Assembly: GCA_002633005.1 (NCBI GenBank)
Contig: NMRA01000218.1
Coordinates: forward strand, 143,113 to 207,112
Direction of reading: 5' to 3'
Source: Phoronis australis
Taxonomy: Eukaryota; Animalia; Phoronida
Length of the DNA stretch: 64,000 bases
Under the pieces are notes generated by a model. The model had not been told where the DNA came from. It did no database searches and was given only the letters and a program-made list of their open reading frames with translations. Below are positions 13,101-24,600 of the stretch, piece after piece; positions within the stretch are counted from its first letter, which is position 1; each line of letters opens with the position of its first letter. A program made the translations under genes and the position numbers.

Positions 13101-16100
13101 GAACTCTGATCGTATTCATGCGCATAACAAACACGCCTCACAGAAAGCAAAACAAGTGATTGTGCAACACGGTGGATGTGTCGAGAAGTTTGGCATTGCC
13201 TGTCACGTTGTGGCCATGAATGAATCTGGCTCAATAAACAAGTTTTCCAAGGATCTCAAGCGAGTCCAGTTCCCATCTCATTACACCATCAGTCCACACA
13301 AAGTGGACGCGATTCTAACTGCACTAGCCATTGCCATGGCAGCCTATCGTCCTGACAACAGTGCTACCATGCCAGTGTGTTCTCCAGACAGTATGGACAC
13401 TCATGGAAGTCTGTCACTAGAGTATTACCACTTGCTGACTTTGGACCAGTTTGAACTGTTGTGGACTCAGCAATATACCAAAGAACTGTGGATTCATGGG
13501 CCACCAGGATGTGGGAAAACTATTGCAGCAGTCCAGTTCATTAAGGTTAGCTGTTTGAATTTTTGCGATCAGCATCTATCTAGTATGTAGAAGCAGCTAT
13601 GAACCTGCGTTATGCCAAAAAAGGAACCTGTTTAATGTAAAGCATTTGTTGTCATGAAACTGGCCTCAACTTTTTCCTTACTGTGATGAGAAGTAGTTTC
13701 TGGGCTGGCAAAGAATCGATCCAATTCTTATTCCTCGAGACCATGCTTGATGCTTAAAGTGGCATGTCACGACAACCGCAGAAATCACCTTTATATTGAG
13801 TAAGGAGCCGTTTGAAACCCGTTTTCATAACTATAAGCAAGGCCCTCACCCACTCAAGGGGAAAGATGACTATGTTTTGATCCAAAACGCAAATCTTTAT
13901 AACGAAGCTTATTAATCTTGGTTTTTAAAAGATAATTTATAATAACTTTTTGGGGAGAGTCGATTGTTATGTCACTGTTATTACTCAGGTGTACTGTGCA
14001 AGTTAATTGATGTGTTGTATAGCAGCTGCATCATTTTAAGTTTTATCACATTCACTTCATTGTGTTACTGAAATTGTGAGTCCCATGTGCACAACCAGGG
14101 GGATAGAGGGAGTTGCATTGACCACCATCTATGGAACCCCATTTTGGAAGTTGCAACCTGCGACTCCCACTACAAAAATGATATGGCCAACAGCCAATGG
14201 GTTTGGAAACAATGGTGTATAGTCTTCTGTTACAAAAAGGTGATCTTGGAAAGCTTTAAAATTATAGATCGCAAGAGACCTGCCCGTGGGAAATTGCTAA
14301 GTTTCCAATCTGCTTTTTCGACTTCACAGTGTACAAGCTCCTTTCATACTTACAAGTGATAACAATAAAACTGCTGGGACAAACTGCTGATATCATCAAA
14401 CCTTACATGATTTGCTGTCAGTGTCTTACCAAACACACCAAGAATTTGCGGTTCCCAGAAAAAGTCACGCAAACAGTGGTGATTTTTCTGCTACCCCGTA
14501 GATTTATTGCTGAGTCTTGCCCGTTTAAATTTGAAGGCATCATAACTTTTAGGACTTGTTCTTTCCATCTTTTGTGCTGATGATATGCAGGTAACTGTCG
14601 ATGATACCTTAGAAAACGCAGATCATGGACCTGCCATCTCTAGAGAACTTCGCCTAGGGACTTTGGCACTGGAAATTTAATTTTTTGACAGTGGCCAGCG
14701 GAGGAATGATCATTGAGCATGCCAGCATCATTGAAACAGTTTAATTGGGATTTATCTATTATATAAAATGCATCGTTTGCACAAACTCCATCTCCCCCGC
14801 TCCACTACAGACCTTCGTTGCACCTGTTTTGGCACCGCCTTGGTCCCAGGTATTGCACCGGCCCCCTACTTGGATTCGAGGTGTTCTATTTTTTCTCGCG
14901 GGCCGTTTTTTCGGGAGGGTGGCTAGTTCCAATTATGATGTTAATGATATAGTTCATACAAATGAAATGTGAATCCGAACGCAATGCAAGCACCCTGAGA
15001 AGGTTGAATATTCACGAGTGTCTATGCGATATTCATTATGGAAGTTCAGCTATCACAGTGATTGCCCAGAGATATCATAGAAAATTAAAGCTAGTTAGTA
15101 TGGTGTTCCAGTGAAATCACCCTGTCTCCTAGTCCTATGGCTTGGATTCTTGTTAGACAGTCAAAATCAGTAGCCCAATTAATAGTTTGAAACCTTTGTT
15201 AACTAGGAATAGGCAGTTGATGCAACCTTTGATATCTTAGTCAGAATGCTTCCAAACCTGCATTTAGTGTGTTGTTATGATTAGAAACGTGGAACATTTG
15301 TTTAGATTACTGGAGACACTGTTTTTTGATCCCACCACTACCACCACCACCTCCCCTTTTTTGAATTCGACCACTTCATCTAGAGAAGCGCACAAATTTC
15401 TACATTTTGTGGAATCATACTAAACATGATATGTTTTGAAATTTTTCAGGAACTTCGTAGGAGAGGTTGTGGACAGGCGGATGTATTATACATATCTGAG
15501 CATGAGAAACTTAGTGATTTTGTCAAGTAAGTTGTGTTTGCATTTATGTATTGAGGCAAGACATATGCATATGTATTGACACAGTACCAAACAGTTTTGT
15601 AGCGTGTATTTATGCTCATATGGCCACAGGTGATACGGTGTCTTGTAGTTTTTAATTGTTCACTGATCTGTATTATACTCTGTCATCAATTTGTTCTATG
15701 TTATTATAGCTTACTCTGATTTTAACTATTGCCAGCTGATTTTTGTGTGTTCTTGTGGTGGCAAAACTAATACATGACAGCACTAAACCACATGCCTGTC
15801 ATTTATCCATTTTTGAATGAAAAACCTATTAATTTTCTTCTTTCACTGACTATTTCAGATCATTCAACATATGTTTAACTACCCACCGTCGTGAGTTCCT
15901 GTCCAAGAACCAATCAGATACTGAGTTTGACAGTTGCTATGGAAATGTGAAGAATATTATCATTGATGAAGTTCAGAATTTCAAGGAGCGTGATGGCAAC
16001 TGGTATAGTCTGGCTGAGAATCTTGTCAAGTCGAACACTTGTGAAGGACCGATGTATGGGTATTTCTGGTTATTTATGGACTATGCAACTAAAGTGCACA

Positions 16101-16729
16101 AGTTCAGTGCTGGCCTTCCCCATATCATCGGCAAAAACAACTTCATGTTGAGTGAAATCACAAGGAACTCTGCCGAGATTTTCAACTACGCTAAGCAGTT
16201 CATGAAAAAACCAACCACTGATCCCAACATCCCACCTGAGATACGTTGTCCAAGTCCTAAACTTGCTCATCAATTCAAAGGCAGTAAAATTGAGGTTCTC
16301 AAGTGCAATGCCAATATTGCCAACTCACTTAGTGACATTCTGCAGAAGTATACTGAACAAGGAGGTGATCTGAAAGATGTAGCTGTTCTTTTTAGCAAGC
16401 AGAAAGCTCTCTCCGCTTTTCGAAGCAGCACACAGTCTGATTGTTTGCCTGAGCCTCCTGATAAATCTCAGAAACTACCTCCAACATCGCCACGGCAACG
16501 TCTGAAGCGATCTCATAGTTTAGACTTGACGCTAGACACTGTCAAGGAGTTCAGTGGGTTGGAGAAGAAGTGTGTGATTGGCATTGATCCCCAGTTGAAT
16601 GAAGATCATGCTGATTTTGACAAGTATATGGTAAACCTGGCCTCACGTGCTACAGATAACCTGATAATACTGACCTCATCTGATGAGCTGCTGAAGAGAC
16701 TGGGCCACAGGTCAGAAGCTATAGACTAA
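1076..16729 (+). CDS. SLFN: Schlafen-family protein, long (group III, SLFN11/13-like) architecture, ~924 aa; exons 1076-1131 (tentative), 3255-3382, 4263-4568, 5354-5617, 8380-8507, 9319-9469, 11679-11792, 12866-13545, 15450-15526, 15859-16729
   Basis: All junctions are GT-AG with consistent phases, giving one open frame of 2775 nt. Motifs: YVCALLNSGGGVI; ETKQIQFK...YVSAFANNEGGHIFFGIEDD (AlbA_2/Schlafen core); GVFSSLPESY; HCWGLNI..VLDILVIS (SWAVDL region); Walker A LWIHGPPGCGKT; Walker B IIIDEVQNFKERDGNWY; FWLFMDY; TRNSAEI; LDTVKEFSGLE; LASRATDNLII. Orthology to a specific vertebrate paralog is not resolvable. Confidence 0.9.
1400..1739 (+). mobile_element. Candidate solo LTR (340 bp)
   Basis: GC-richer block bounded by TGTGGC...GCTACA inverted termini, with AATAAA at 1664. 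No clean TSD. Confidence 0.45.
1990..2285 (-). repeat. Inverted copy of the repeat at 385-670
   Basis: Reverse-complement similarity read directly. Confidence 0.7.
3255..3382 (+). CDS. SLFN: Schlafen exon (..RYVCALLNSGG)
   Basis: ttgcag acceptor and gtaag donor. Joins the next exon to give CALLNSGGGVI, the conserved SLFN N-terminal motif. Confidence 0.85.
3333..3535 (+). repeat. Three tandem copies of the Schlafen exon 3' end plus splice donor
   Basis: tgtatgcgcYttgttgaactStggYggtg|gtaagaagtgtgttgtg occurs three times. Confidence 0.85.
4263..4568 (+). CDS. SLFN: Schlafen exon (GVIHLFN...LYLFVKT...SLK)
   Basis: Within ORF 4172-4615; tag acceptor, gtaaa donor, phase 1/1. Confidence 0.85.
5354..5617 (+). 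CDS. SLFN: Schlafen exon, AlbA_2 nuclease core
   Basis: ETKQIQFK and YVSAFANNEGGHIFFGIEDD; aag acceptor, gtaat donor. Confidence 0.9.
5872..7794. mobile_element. Non-autonomous Kolobok-type DNA transposon in a Schlafen intron
   Basis: TTAA at 5868-5871 and 7795-7798 flank TIRs ggtaggtgtatacac / gtgtatccacctacc. TTAA TSD with RR..YY termini is Kolobok-like. There is a possible decayed THAP start on the minus strand near 7060-7140 (..GTCRGETR..WP*PK). Confidence 0.75.
8380..8507 (+). CDS. SLFN: Schlafen exon (alternative in-frame acceptor possible at 8392)
   Basis: tttttag acceptor and gtact donor; phase 1/0 fits both neighbours. Confidence 0.75.
8520..8745 (-). mobile_element. tRNA-derived SINE with 14-bp TSD
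   Basis: Minus-strand head has box A-like tggccaagtagc and box B-like ggtttcaagtccc. TSD aggtacttattaag at 8506-8519 and 8746-8759. Confidence 0.8.
9319..9469 (+). CDS. SLFN: Schlafen exon (VICLVSV..HFPGGVFSSLPESY..FDDWK)
   Basis: Matches the end of the Schlafen core (vertebrate FCCAVF..P.SW..W); tttcag acceptor, gtaat donor. Confidence 0.85.
10573..10732. mobile_element. MITE (160 bp)
   Basis: TIRs cagtggcggat / atccgcccctg; flanking 5-bp direct repeat cattc; GC-rich island within an AT-rich intron. Confidence 0.8.
11679..11792 (+). CDS. SLFN: Schlafen exon (DIPDLTNKFVKLPL...IKDKLFK), not in the ORF track
   Basis: tttcag acceptor and gtaat donor; open in the required phase 1/1. Confidence 0.75.
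12502..12752. mobile_element. MITE family with gtaaaatctcacc termini (partial copies at ~4020-4200, ~5695-5800, ~12200-12390)
   Basis: gtaaaatctcacc ... ggtgagattttac inverted ends; shared internal sequence among the copies. Confidence 0.65.
12866..13545 (+). CDS. SLFN: Schlafen exon, linker domain + Walker A
   Basis: Within ORF 12829-13590; LLTLDQF and LWIHGPPGCGKT. Confidence 0.9.
15450..15526 (+). CDS. SLFN: Schlafen exon (ELRRRGCGQADVLYISEHEKLSDFV), not in the ORF track
   Basis: Helicase motif Ia-like (vertebrate ILYVCENQPLRNFI); tttcag acceptor, gtaag donor. Confidence 0.85.
15859..16729 (+). CDS. SLFN: Schlafen last exon, SF1 helicase C-terminal half
   Basis: Walker B DEVQN, FSGLE, ASRA; TAA stop ending at 16729. 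Confidence 0.9.
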
Positions 16730-17190
16730 TGTGGTAAATTTTACATTGTGCATAACAGATGACCAGATAATAGTGAAGTTATCTGTTGAGCTGCTGAAAA
16801 GATTGGTTCTCAGAAGCCATGCACTAGTCATATGCTACAAATGACCTCATTACACTTGTCTCATCTGTTGAGACTGGCCCATAGCTCAGGAGCTATGTAT
16901 CAGTTTTGGTAAACTTGACATACACAACACATGGCCTGCTGAAACCAATCCTAATTGATGAGCTGCTTAACTGGCCTGGACAGTGCTGAAAAGTGAAGGA
17001 CAAATACAACTGTTTGGCATGACATGCTTCAAATAATCTGGATAATCTGCTGATATTTACTTCAAAGCTGCTGAAAAGATTTGGTCACAGATCAAGAATA
17101 GGAACAAGTGTGTGGTAGGTGCTAGAAACAATGATATGGTGGCATTGTCTGGTGAGTTGCTGAAGAAACGGGGCCACAAATCTGTATCTG
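16630..17190 (+). repeat. Degenerate tandem repeats derived from the last codons of Schlafen, in the 3' UTR
   Basis: Recurrent ctg.tgagctgctgaa.aga.tgggccacag.tcagaag-like units at ~16680, 16785, 16865, 16955, 17065 and 17150. Confidence 0.65.
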
Positions 17191-18727
17191 AGAAGCGTTC
17201 TGACATCAGCAGAAGTCTGGTAACAAGTTAAAGTAGCTGTAAAAAGGTTTCATCAAAATTTGTTTAGTTTCATCCAAGGTTAAAATGGAAAAATTATGGA
17301 GGAAAATTTAAGGAAATTAATTATCCATCATAGAAGAAATGAGCAACCATGTTGGCCTCGAAATGTCAATTTTTTTCGTTGAAAAGATATTTGTCAACTC
17401 TTTTTCAGTGTATTTTAGTTTTTAGGGTCATGTTGGAAATTCAGATGATCAAAATTAGTGCGTAAAGTAATTGTGACATGCCTTACTAGTATGTTGACGC
17501 ATGCTCAGTCATTTCTGGATGCGACAACATGACATTTGATAAAAGTACACCGCTGTACACCTCTTACAACAGGTCTGATGTACATTTCAGATTGTTCTAC
17601 TTTGAGTTGTGTGTTTACAATAATCATGCGATTCCCCACCGTGGTCAGATAAGTGACATGATAATATTACAAGCGAAATTAAGACACATTTTACCCATCA
17701 TGACAGCTAATTCATTTAACAGTAAAAACTACTGGTAAGAACTATAAGGGCTGCAAAATTATAGTTGCAGAATGGCTTAGCCATCTTACTACCTTCATTC
17801 TCGGTCATGAGAGAAAGCTACTCTGTTGTTGAATTCATCCTCCACACAAGCATTGTGACAGGGAATTGTGGGTCATTTTCTCTGAATGCTTTTGGCTTAT
17901 GCTGTATGTTTGTAAAGAGATGATAACTAGTTCTACCGACACCAGTTCAAACCAATGACTTGAATGCTTTGAAGAGTGAAGAGTAATGATCACCAGTAGG
18001 CCCATCAGTGAGTTGCTTGTGAATTAAAAATTTTCTTGGAATTTATTCTAAATAATGGAGCATTTCCTAGCCACCACGTAGAAAAAGAGAGTATTCCTTT
18101 TTGTTTCTTTTTCCTATAACAACACAGATGATTGTGACTTGAGATTGGCAGATAATGTCTAAAGTTTGAAAGTTTCAGTGAGGCGCTCGGGGTAGCAAAG
18201 GCTTCAATGAGTGCGGGTTCTTATGTTTCAAAAGTGAGCCCATTCTGTACCTGAATTTTTTATATTCCTTACCTCTGCCATCGCCAAGTCAAGACTTACT
18301 AAACATACCTACCTGTCTGACTTGCACTCACTGTGCCCAATTCTACGAACTCTCCTTGATGTTCCAATAGCGTTCATTAGTTAGACACAGTGGTGTTTAA
18401 CCCGTAACCACTGCAAAAAAGACGAGTTCTCAAATGCCTGCAGAGAAGTGGTTGCACTGTGACATCGGTACAAATCACAATGTGTTCAAACTATATCCTG
18501 CTGGCTCAGCTATAAATCACAAATTTTGATGTTCAGTAATAACCACAAAGTCCAGCTTTATTGAGTGACTGTAATTCTCGTCTCATTTCACACAAAAAGC
18601 TGATTAGTATTTTAACACATGGAATTTTATTGATCTTCCTTTTGATAAGATATTTGACAGTAATAGAATTTCATTTGTCGACACATTGTGTGATAAAAAA
18701 GTTACGAATTGCCATAGCCAATATTTA

Positions 18728-21655
18728 CTGAAATCGCGACACTTTTACTTTCTCCTTGTAAAGGGTCGATGTTGGTTTTGGAAGCACACCAGTTGACCTA
18801 GTGTCTACGGGGGTCAGTCACGTCCATGGGAACCTGCCAATGTATGCCTTCCCGGTCTTGCAGGCGTCGCTTTACATACAATTCCATCAGCTTTGCACTT
18901 TGCACTCATAAACTGTATACTGGCCGGACTTCTTGTTGAAATGTCGCTGGAGCCTACATGTTAAAGGATGGGAAATAATAAACCTCCAGATAATGCAAAC
19001 ACATTGGGTGCAAGCGCGCAGTCACAAGTGTGATATAAACAAGCAATTGCTACAGAGAGGTCAAACTCTCCCATCCCCTAGGGGTACTGCTCAGGGTGAA
19101 AGGCCGCCCCACACTCACAACTAAATCAGTGTCATTACCACAGGATACAATGTGTGGATTTTTAAGGCTATAATTTTAAATGGCAATGAGTGATTTTGAA
19201 TGAAATTGAAATTTGTTGAATCCCACTTAAAAAGTTCTCTTGACAAACTAATTGAATTCATACACAGCGCATCTTTGGCTTTCAGTTCATGTCTCCATTA
19301 ACACAAAAATAACATCAATGTAATGATTTTGTTACTGTGACCTTGAAAATGCTGTCAAGGTCACCAACATTGACTCGAAACAAAATATAAACAATATCTT
19401 AAGCTTCCACTGTATGATTCCGACCCAGACACGTGGACATTTGTACACACGGATTGTTGTGAATACTACTACCTATGTCCCACCGACGCACGTTAACGCG
19501 AGCACGGACTATTACAAGGCCAGAACAGTAGCTGGTTTTATCGAATGTTAAACAACATACATATTTAATTTTTATTGATTAGTTTTTAACAATTCAAGTT
19601 GTAATCGCTCTTTACATTTTGACAGCCCAAAACATTTTTGTAGTGAAATACTCCAGTAATATTTGCTTTTAACATAAAAAACTCATAGAACATAGTTAAT
19701 GGAAAACAATCACCTATTACATTATGTTTGAAATCGACATACAGCATCAGTAGTAGTGGTATGCGGACCTCTGTAGGGGAAAACTGTAAAAATATTTTAA
19801 ACAGTTCATGTACTCACCCTACTCTTCCATCCTGGTTCAAAAGCACTGGTCTGTGAACATGGTTGTTGTAGTTCAGAGCAGCAAGGATTGTTCTGGCACG
19901 TACTTTGGGGTTTGTAAGCAAACCTTTTTGCAGCATACAAGAGCACCAGCTGGTGGAAGTTTTCTACCTCATCTGTACTTCTGTAATAAGAGAACATTAT
20001 ATGAACAAGTCATCTTTGAGCTTATTATTCTAAAAGCTCATTTTGCGTTAAACAAGCAACCAAAAATGGCCACTGGTTGGTACATAATACAAAGAATCCA
20101 TACAAAATGGGAGGGCATCATCTCATAATAGATACCTATTTCATGATACTTATTTCATGAACTCAGACGAAACAGAAGTAAAAGAGAAATAATATTGCTA
20201 CTGGGAGGGCATAGCGGGTGTCATAATAGGAACATGACTGCAAAGTTTCATGAACACCCTTATGTTGATTCTGATGATACGGCAGTAGACGCCAGACTTA
20301 AAGACCGACAGGAAAGACGGCATAGTGTCTCCACATGAATATACAATACACGTGTGTGTGCACGTGTGTCGGCGCATTAAAATACAAATATCTCACCTGA
20401 AATTCAGGAAGTATGGGATACGGTTCGTCAGTGACCTGTCCATCACTATCTTACGCAATGCTTCATGAGCTTTGGAGCCCTTGGTCAGGTACTTCACACC
20501 TTCGGGTTCTGGAAGTGTCTTATGATGACATCTGTCTGAATGCAGGTCTGAGATTGGTAAAGGCCACTTCTGTTCACCAACAGTGTAATGTAGCTGTCTA
20601 TACCACATACCCTGAAAATAAAAAAATGCACAATTGAATATTTTAGATTTTATTTGTATTTCAAAGGAAAATACTTTTGACTTATCATGTGATTTGAATT
20701 CCGAAGTTTTGATCTCACCAGCAGCCAATGTGTTCATTGACTTACAATACTGCACATGTCAATCTACAAAAAAGCGTGACTCTGTGCACATTGAGTGAGC
20801 GGAAACTGTTCACAATCTCTTATGTAATGATAAAATAACACGACGTTCATCAAGTCCATCACTTTGCACTAAATGACCTGTGTATGACTGACATCTTTCC
20901 CAAAATGTGTCCACTCTTATCTTAACTTGGAAAGTTTTGTTAAATCTTTCCAAACTGGTGGACGATTTTTAAAAACTTGAGTAGTGTTCTGCAATCAGTC
21001 TTGGTTAATATGTCGTTTTCCAAATCCCCAAAATCTGACAAAAACCTTGGTTGTACTATAAAAACCAACTTCTTTTAAAACACTACATACAATAAACTCT
21101 GGAGTTGACTTAGCTCTTTCTGCACAATGCCACAAATAGTTAGTAATTGGCTTTGTCCACTGTTTTAGTTCTTGACAGTCTTTCTCACTTGCTGACTAAT
21201 AAGATTACATTAGTCGCGATTAACCATGATTTAGATTGCCTGTGTTTCATCATAATTTCATGAAGGCAGTCTGGTCGAGGATGCATATTGTGGTATGCCC
21301 ATACAAAAATAACCAAAGTAACAGTAATATGTAATTTGGATGAAATGTGGATAATCATCTATCAAAATAGTATATCATTTACCCAGAGTGTGCTGCAGAT
21401 GACTTTGTTCAAGGTCATCCCTATTACAATTAATATGAAATGATAATGAAAATATCAAGAAGTGTAAACTTACTGAAATCCATAACATATCAGTCAACTT
21501 CACATTACCAAAAGAGGCACATGTATGAAGGGTATGGTATCAAGAGTACATACATTGTTCAGTTTCTTGGATATGCCTTTGGCTGCATGCCATATGTACT
21601 GTGATTGCTTCTTTTCTGGGAAGTCATATTTTATGAAAGACAAGGTGTCAGCTGC
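18728..21655 (-). pseudogene. Intron-containing Kolobok-type DDE transposase, C-terminal half, decayed (exon remnants ~21554-21655, ~21100-21196, 20396-20611, ~19817-19976, ~18728-18954)
   Basis: Motifs in order: IWHAAKGISKKL (HxxK); KDCQELKQWTKPITNYLWHCA; W..LHYTVGEQKW..CHH..L..YLTKGSKAHEALRKIVMD..IPYFLNFR; STDEVENFHQLVLLYAAKRFAY; QRHFNKKSGQY; DPRR..SRF. Contains frameshifts and stops. The superfamily assignment comes from family knowledge. Confidence 0.7.
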
Positions 21656-21699
21656 TTTAAAATGCCAAAAATAAGAAAATGATTGCCATATTATGCACA

Positions 21700-24600
21700 A
21701 TAAAGATTGTAATTTCTCCAGCCTTCAAATGCTGTTAAGCTTGCAGCAAACAATGGGAGCTTTAAAGCCTTTAACAGACTTGTGTTATCTTAGAGGTATT
21801 GGGCTATACAAGTAGTCCTAGTAAGATGACAAGTAGTAATATTTCTTAGAAAGCATTTCAATTTTGTTCAGATCTGTTATTGAGATGCAATACTATAAAT
21901 TTATACAAATGAGACTGAATTCACAAAGGAAATAATGTTGAATAACATCGGATACCTACCAGTTTCAATGTTGAAATCCACTGGTTTCCAGGTGCTGTCA
22001 GTACAGAACTTCTTCACTGTGATGATGCACTTGCTGTTATGCAGGGTTAATTTTAACTGGTGTGGTTGAAAATGATTATGCATTTAAGTGCAGTTTGATT
22101 CAGTCACATATACTATACATTTTTGAAAATGAATATGACGTGGCTTGGAGTAAAGCACATGATGTCAATATAGTTCTAAAATTCTTTCTCAAAACTGCTC
22201 ATCAAGTCCCTCTGTTTTGGTAACAAATAATGAATGTTCAGATGACCCATAGCAAGTACAGAGTCCTTTAAAAAAGCATTTTCAGTGAAACGCATCTTAG
22301 GCATGTCTTCCATTTCAACAGCAACTCTAGAATCATTCTTTATCCCTCTAGGGTCAAACTGTGTGACATGCAGTCCCTCAAGCGACTTTACTCTACTAAA
22401 TGCTTCATATGCTTGTCCACTACTGAACTTGCTAGCACCTTTCATACATACTACTATTTCATCCATTGTCAGTCCTTGGCATTTGTTAATCGTAACATCT
22501 CATGCTAAGTTCAGAGGGAATTGTAAACGAGACACTTGTGCACCTTTTATTCTAGCTCTTTCAAATTTAGATTCATGTCTCATGATGGGAACAGCATCAG
22601 GTTATTTAAGTTTCCACTGACCTCATGCAATAGCTTTCCTTCCAACTTCAGCATTGTCAATTTTAACAAGTACAGTAATCACTCTGCCATCATCCCCTTT
22701 CTCAATTCGATCTACAACACCAATAACACCATTAACAAGCACATCTGACATGTCAACATAATGATTATAAATCAACATCACTCTAGCACCAATGCAAATT
22801 TCTAAAACAGATTGAAAAACCACCAGTTTCTGAACGTTTCGATGTTTTATGGATGTGGTCTAAATCAAGTAATCTGGTACTGTCTTTCTTGTCATCAATA
22901 GCAATGATTTTAACTCGGTTTGACTCATCATGTTCAATGCTACAAAGTCTTTTCTGATTCCAGTTGTCAACATTATCACTGTGAGCAAAGACATGAAGTG
23001 CATGATACAGATAATTAGGAGAATTTTCACCAAGTTGCCTGGAACGCAAAACAGCAGTATCATCGTCAGTATGATTTTCAAGTCGTAAACGACACAACAG
23101 CTCAGCAAAACTTTGGTCACCCCTTTTTCTCATTACCTCACTCAGTTCATGCAGCATAACGATCCATACAAATTTGCAAGTGAGTTTTTGAGTGGATCAT
23201 AGATATGAGATTGACAAACTGGTGGCAGTTGATATAAGTTACCAACAGCCAAGATGCTAACGTTGCCGAACAAGCATGAGTCATCACATGGTCCCATTAT
23301 TTCTGTAAGTCTTCTGTGGATGTCCAGTTACATGTCTGAGCCAACCATTGAGATTTCATCTTTAACTAATAGTTGCAAATTTTCAAGTTTAGTACGTAGC
23401 GTGTTCAGTTTGTCAAGAGTTAGTTCATCATCGTGTTGTCCATATTTTGAAATACGTATTAACAGCAATGCTGAATGAATAGTCATTCCACCAATATTAA
23501 AGGCTGCTACACCAGTTGGCGCTGTTAGCAATGTGACAATATCTGTTGGTTTAAATTTTCTTGACAAAGATACGAACCTTTTTGTATCAACTGGATAAGT
23601 CGTATCACATGACTTTAACCCACACCACCAGGACCACTAAGAAATATTCTATATGGCTTTGGCTTTTCGTTTTGCTTAACACTCTTAACAGCATATTTGC
23701 ACCATTGCTTGTGATATAACACAATTTCGTGTTGTTTTTCATTAAGACTAGACATCATATCACGATATTCTTGTGGTGTCAAACAGTCACGTTTCTCTTC
23801 GATGTCATATCTAGTCACAAGATCGGACGCATTCTCAGCTAATGGTCTTTGAAACATGGCAGCATTTGCACCTAGATCTTCTTGTTCTAATGCCCTTTCA
23901 ATATCCAATCCCTCATTCTCTGCCAGTAAATTCTCATGTTCAGCTCCAGGTGCATGTAATTCCCAAATGTGTTGAGGAGGTCCATTTTGTGCATTTTGAT
24001 CAAGGGCTTGCTCGATAATTTCATTATGATGTGAATACTTCTATTCATTTTCAAAAATCAGTTGTGACACAGCACTGTAATGGGAATGATAGTTATCATA
24101 ATTAGCTCTGAGATCTCTCTCTTCATTTCGCCATGGGAGGTAGAGCATCACTTTTACACGATGGAAACTGCTTGGTTCTTTATCCACATTGTCCTTACGA
24201 AATCTTATCACAGCAGTTTTTCTCCTCCTGTGCATAGAACCTTTGCCATTCTTTAGTTTTATCCTCTGAGGCAATGACAAGGACATCAACTTCTGCTTCT
24301 TTCAAAACATCTGGTACACTATAGTTATTATCGTCATTGTATTCTTTGTACATGGTTGTGTTGCTAGCAGCAAATTAAGCCAAGCACACATCCTCAAGAC
24401 TGTCCGGTCTGTATTCATACCTGTCAACTAAACTGGTTTGAAAAATGTCAGTGTCATCATCCTCCAACTTATCATGTTGAACATTACTTTATCTTTCAGA
24501 AGTGCTATTCTGGAAGATTTCGGATCTGTGTTGACAAAAACAGGTTTTCGACTTGCACGCTTCAAAGGCATAGACAAAATGCAGTAAATAGGTTCCTGTG

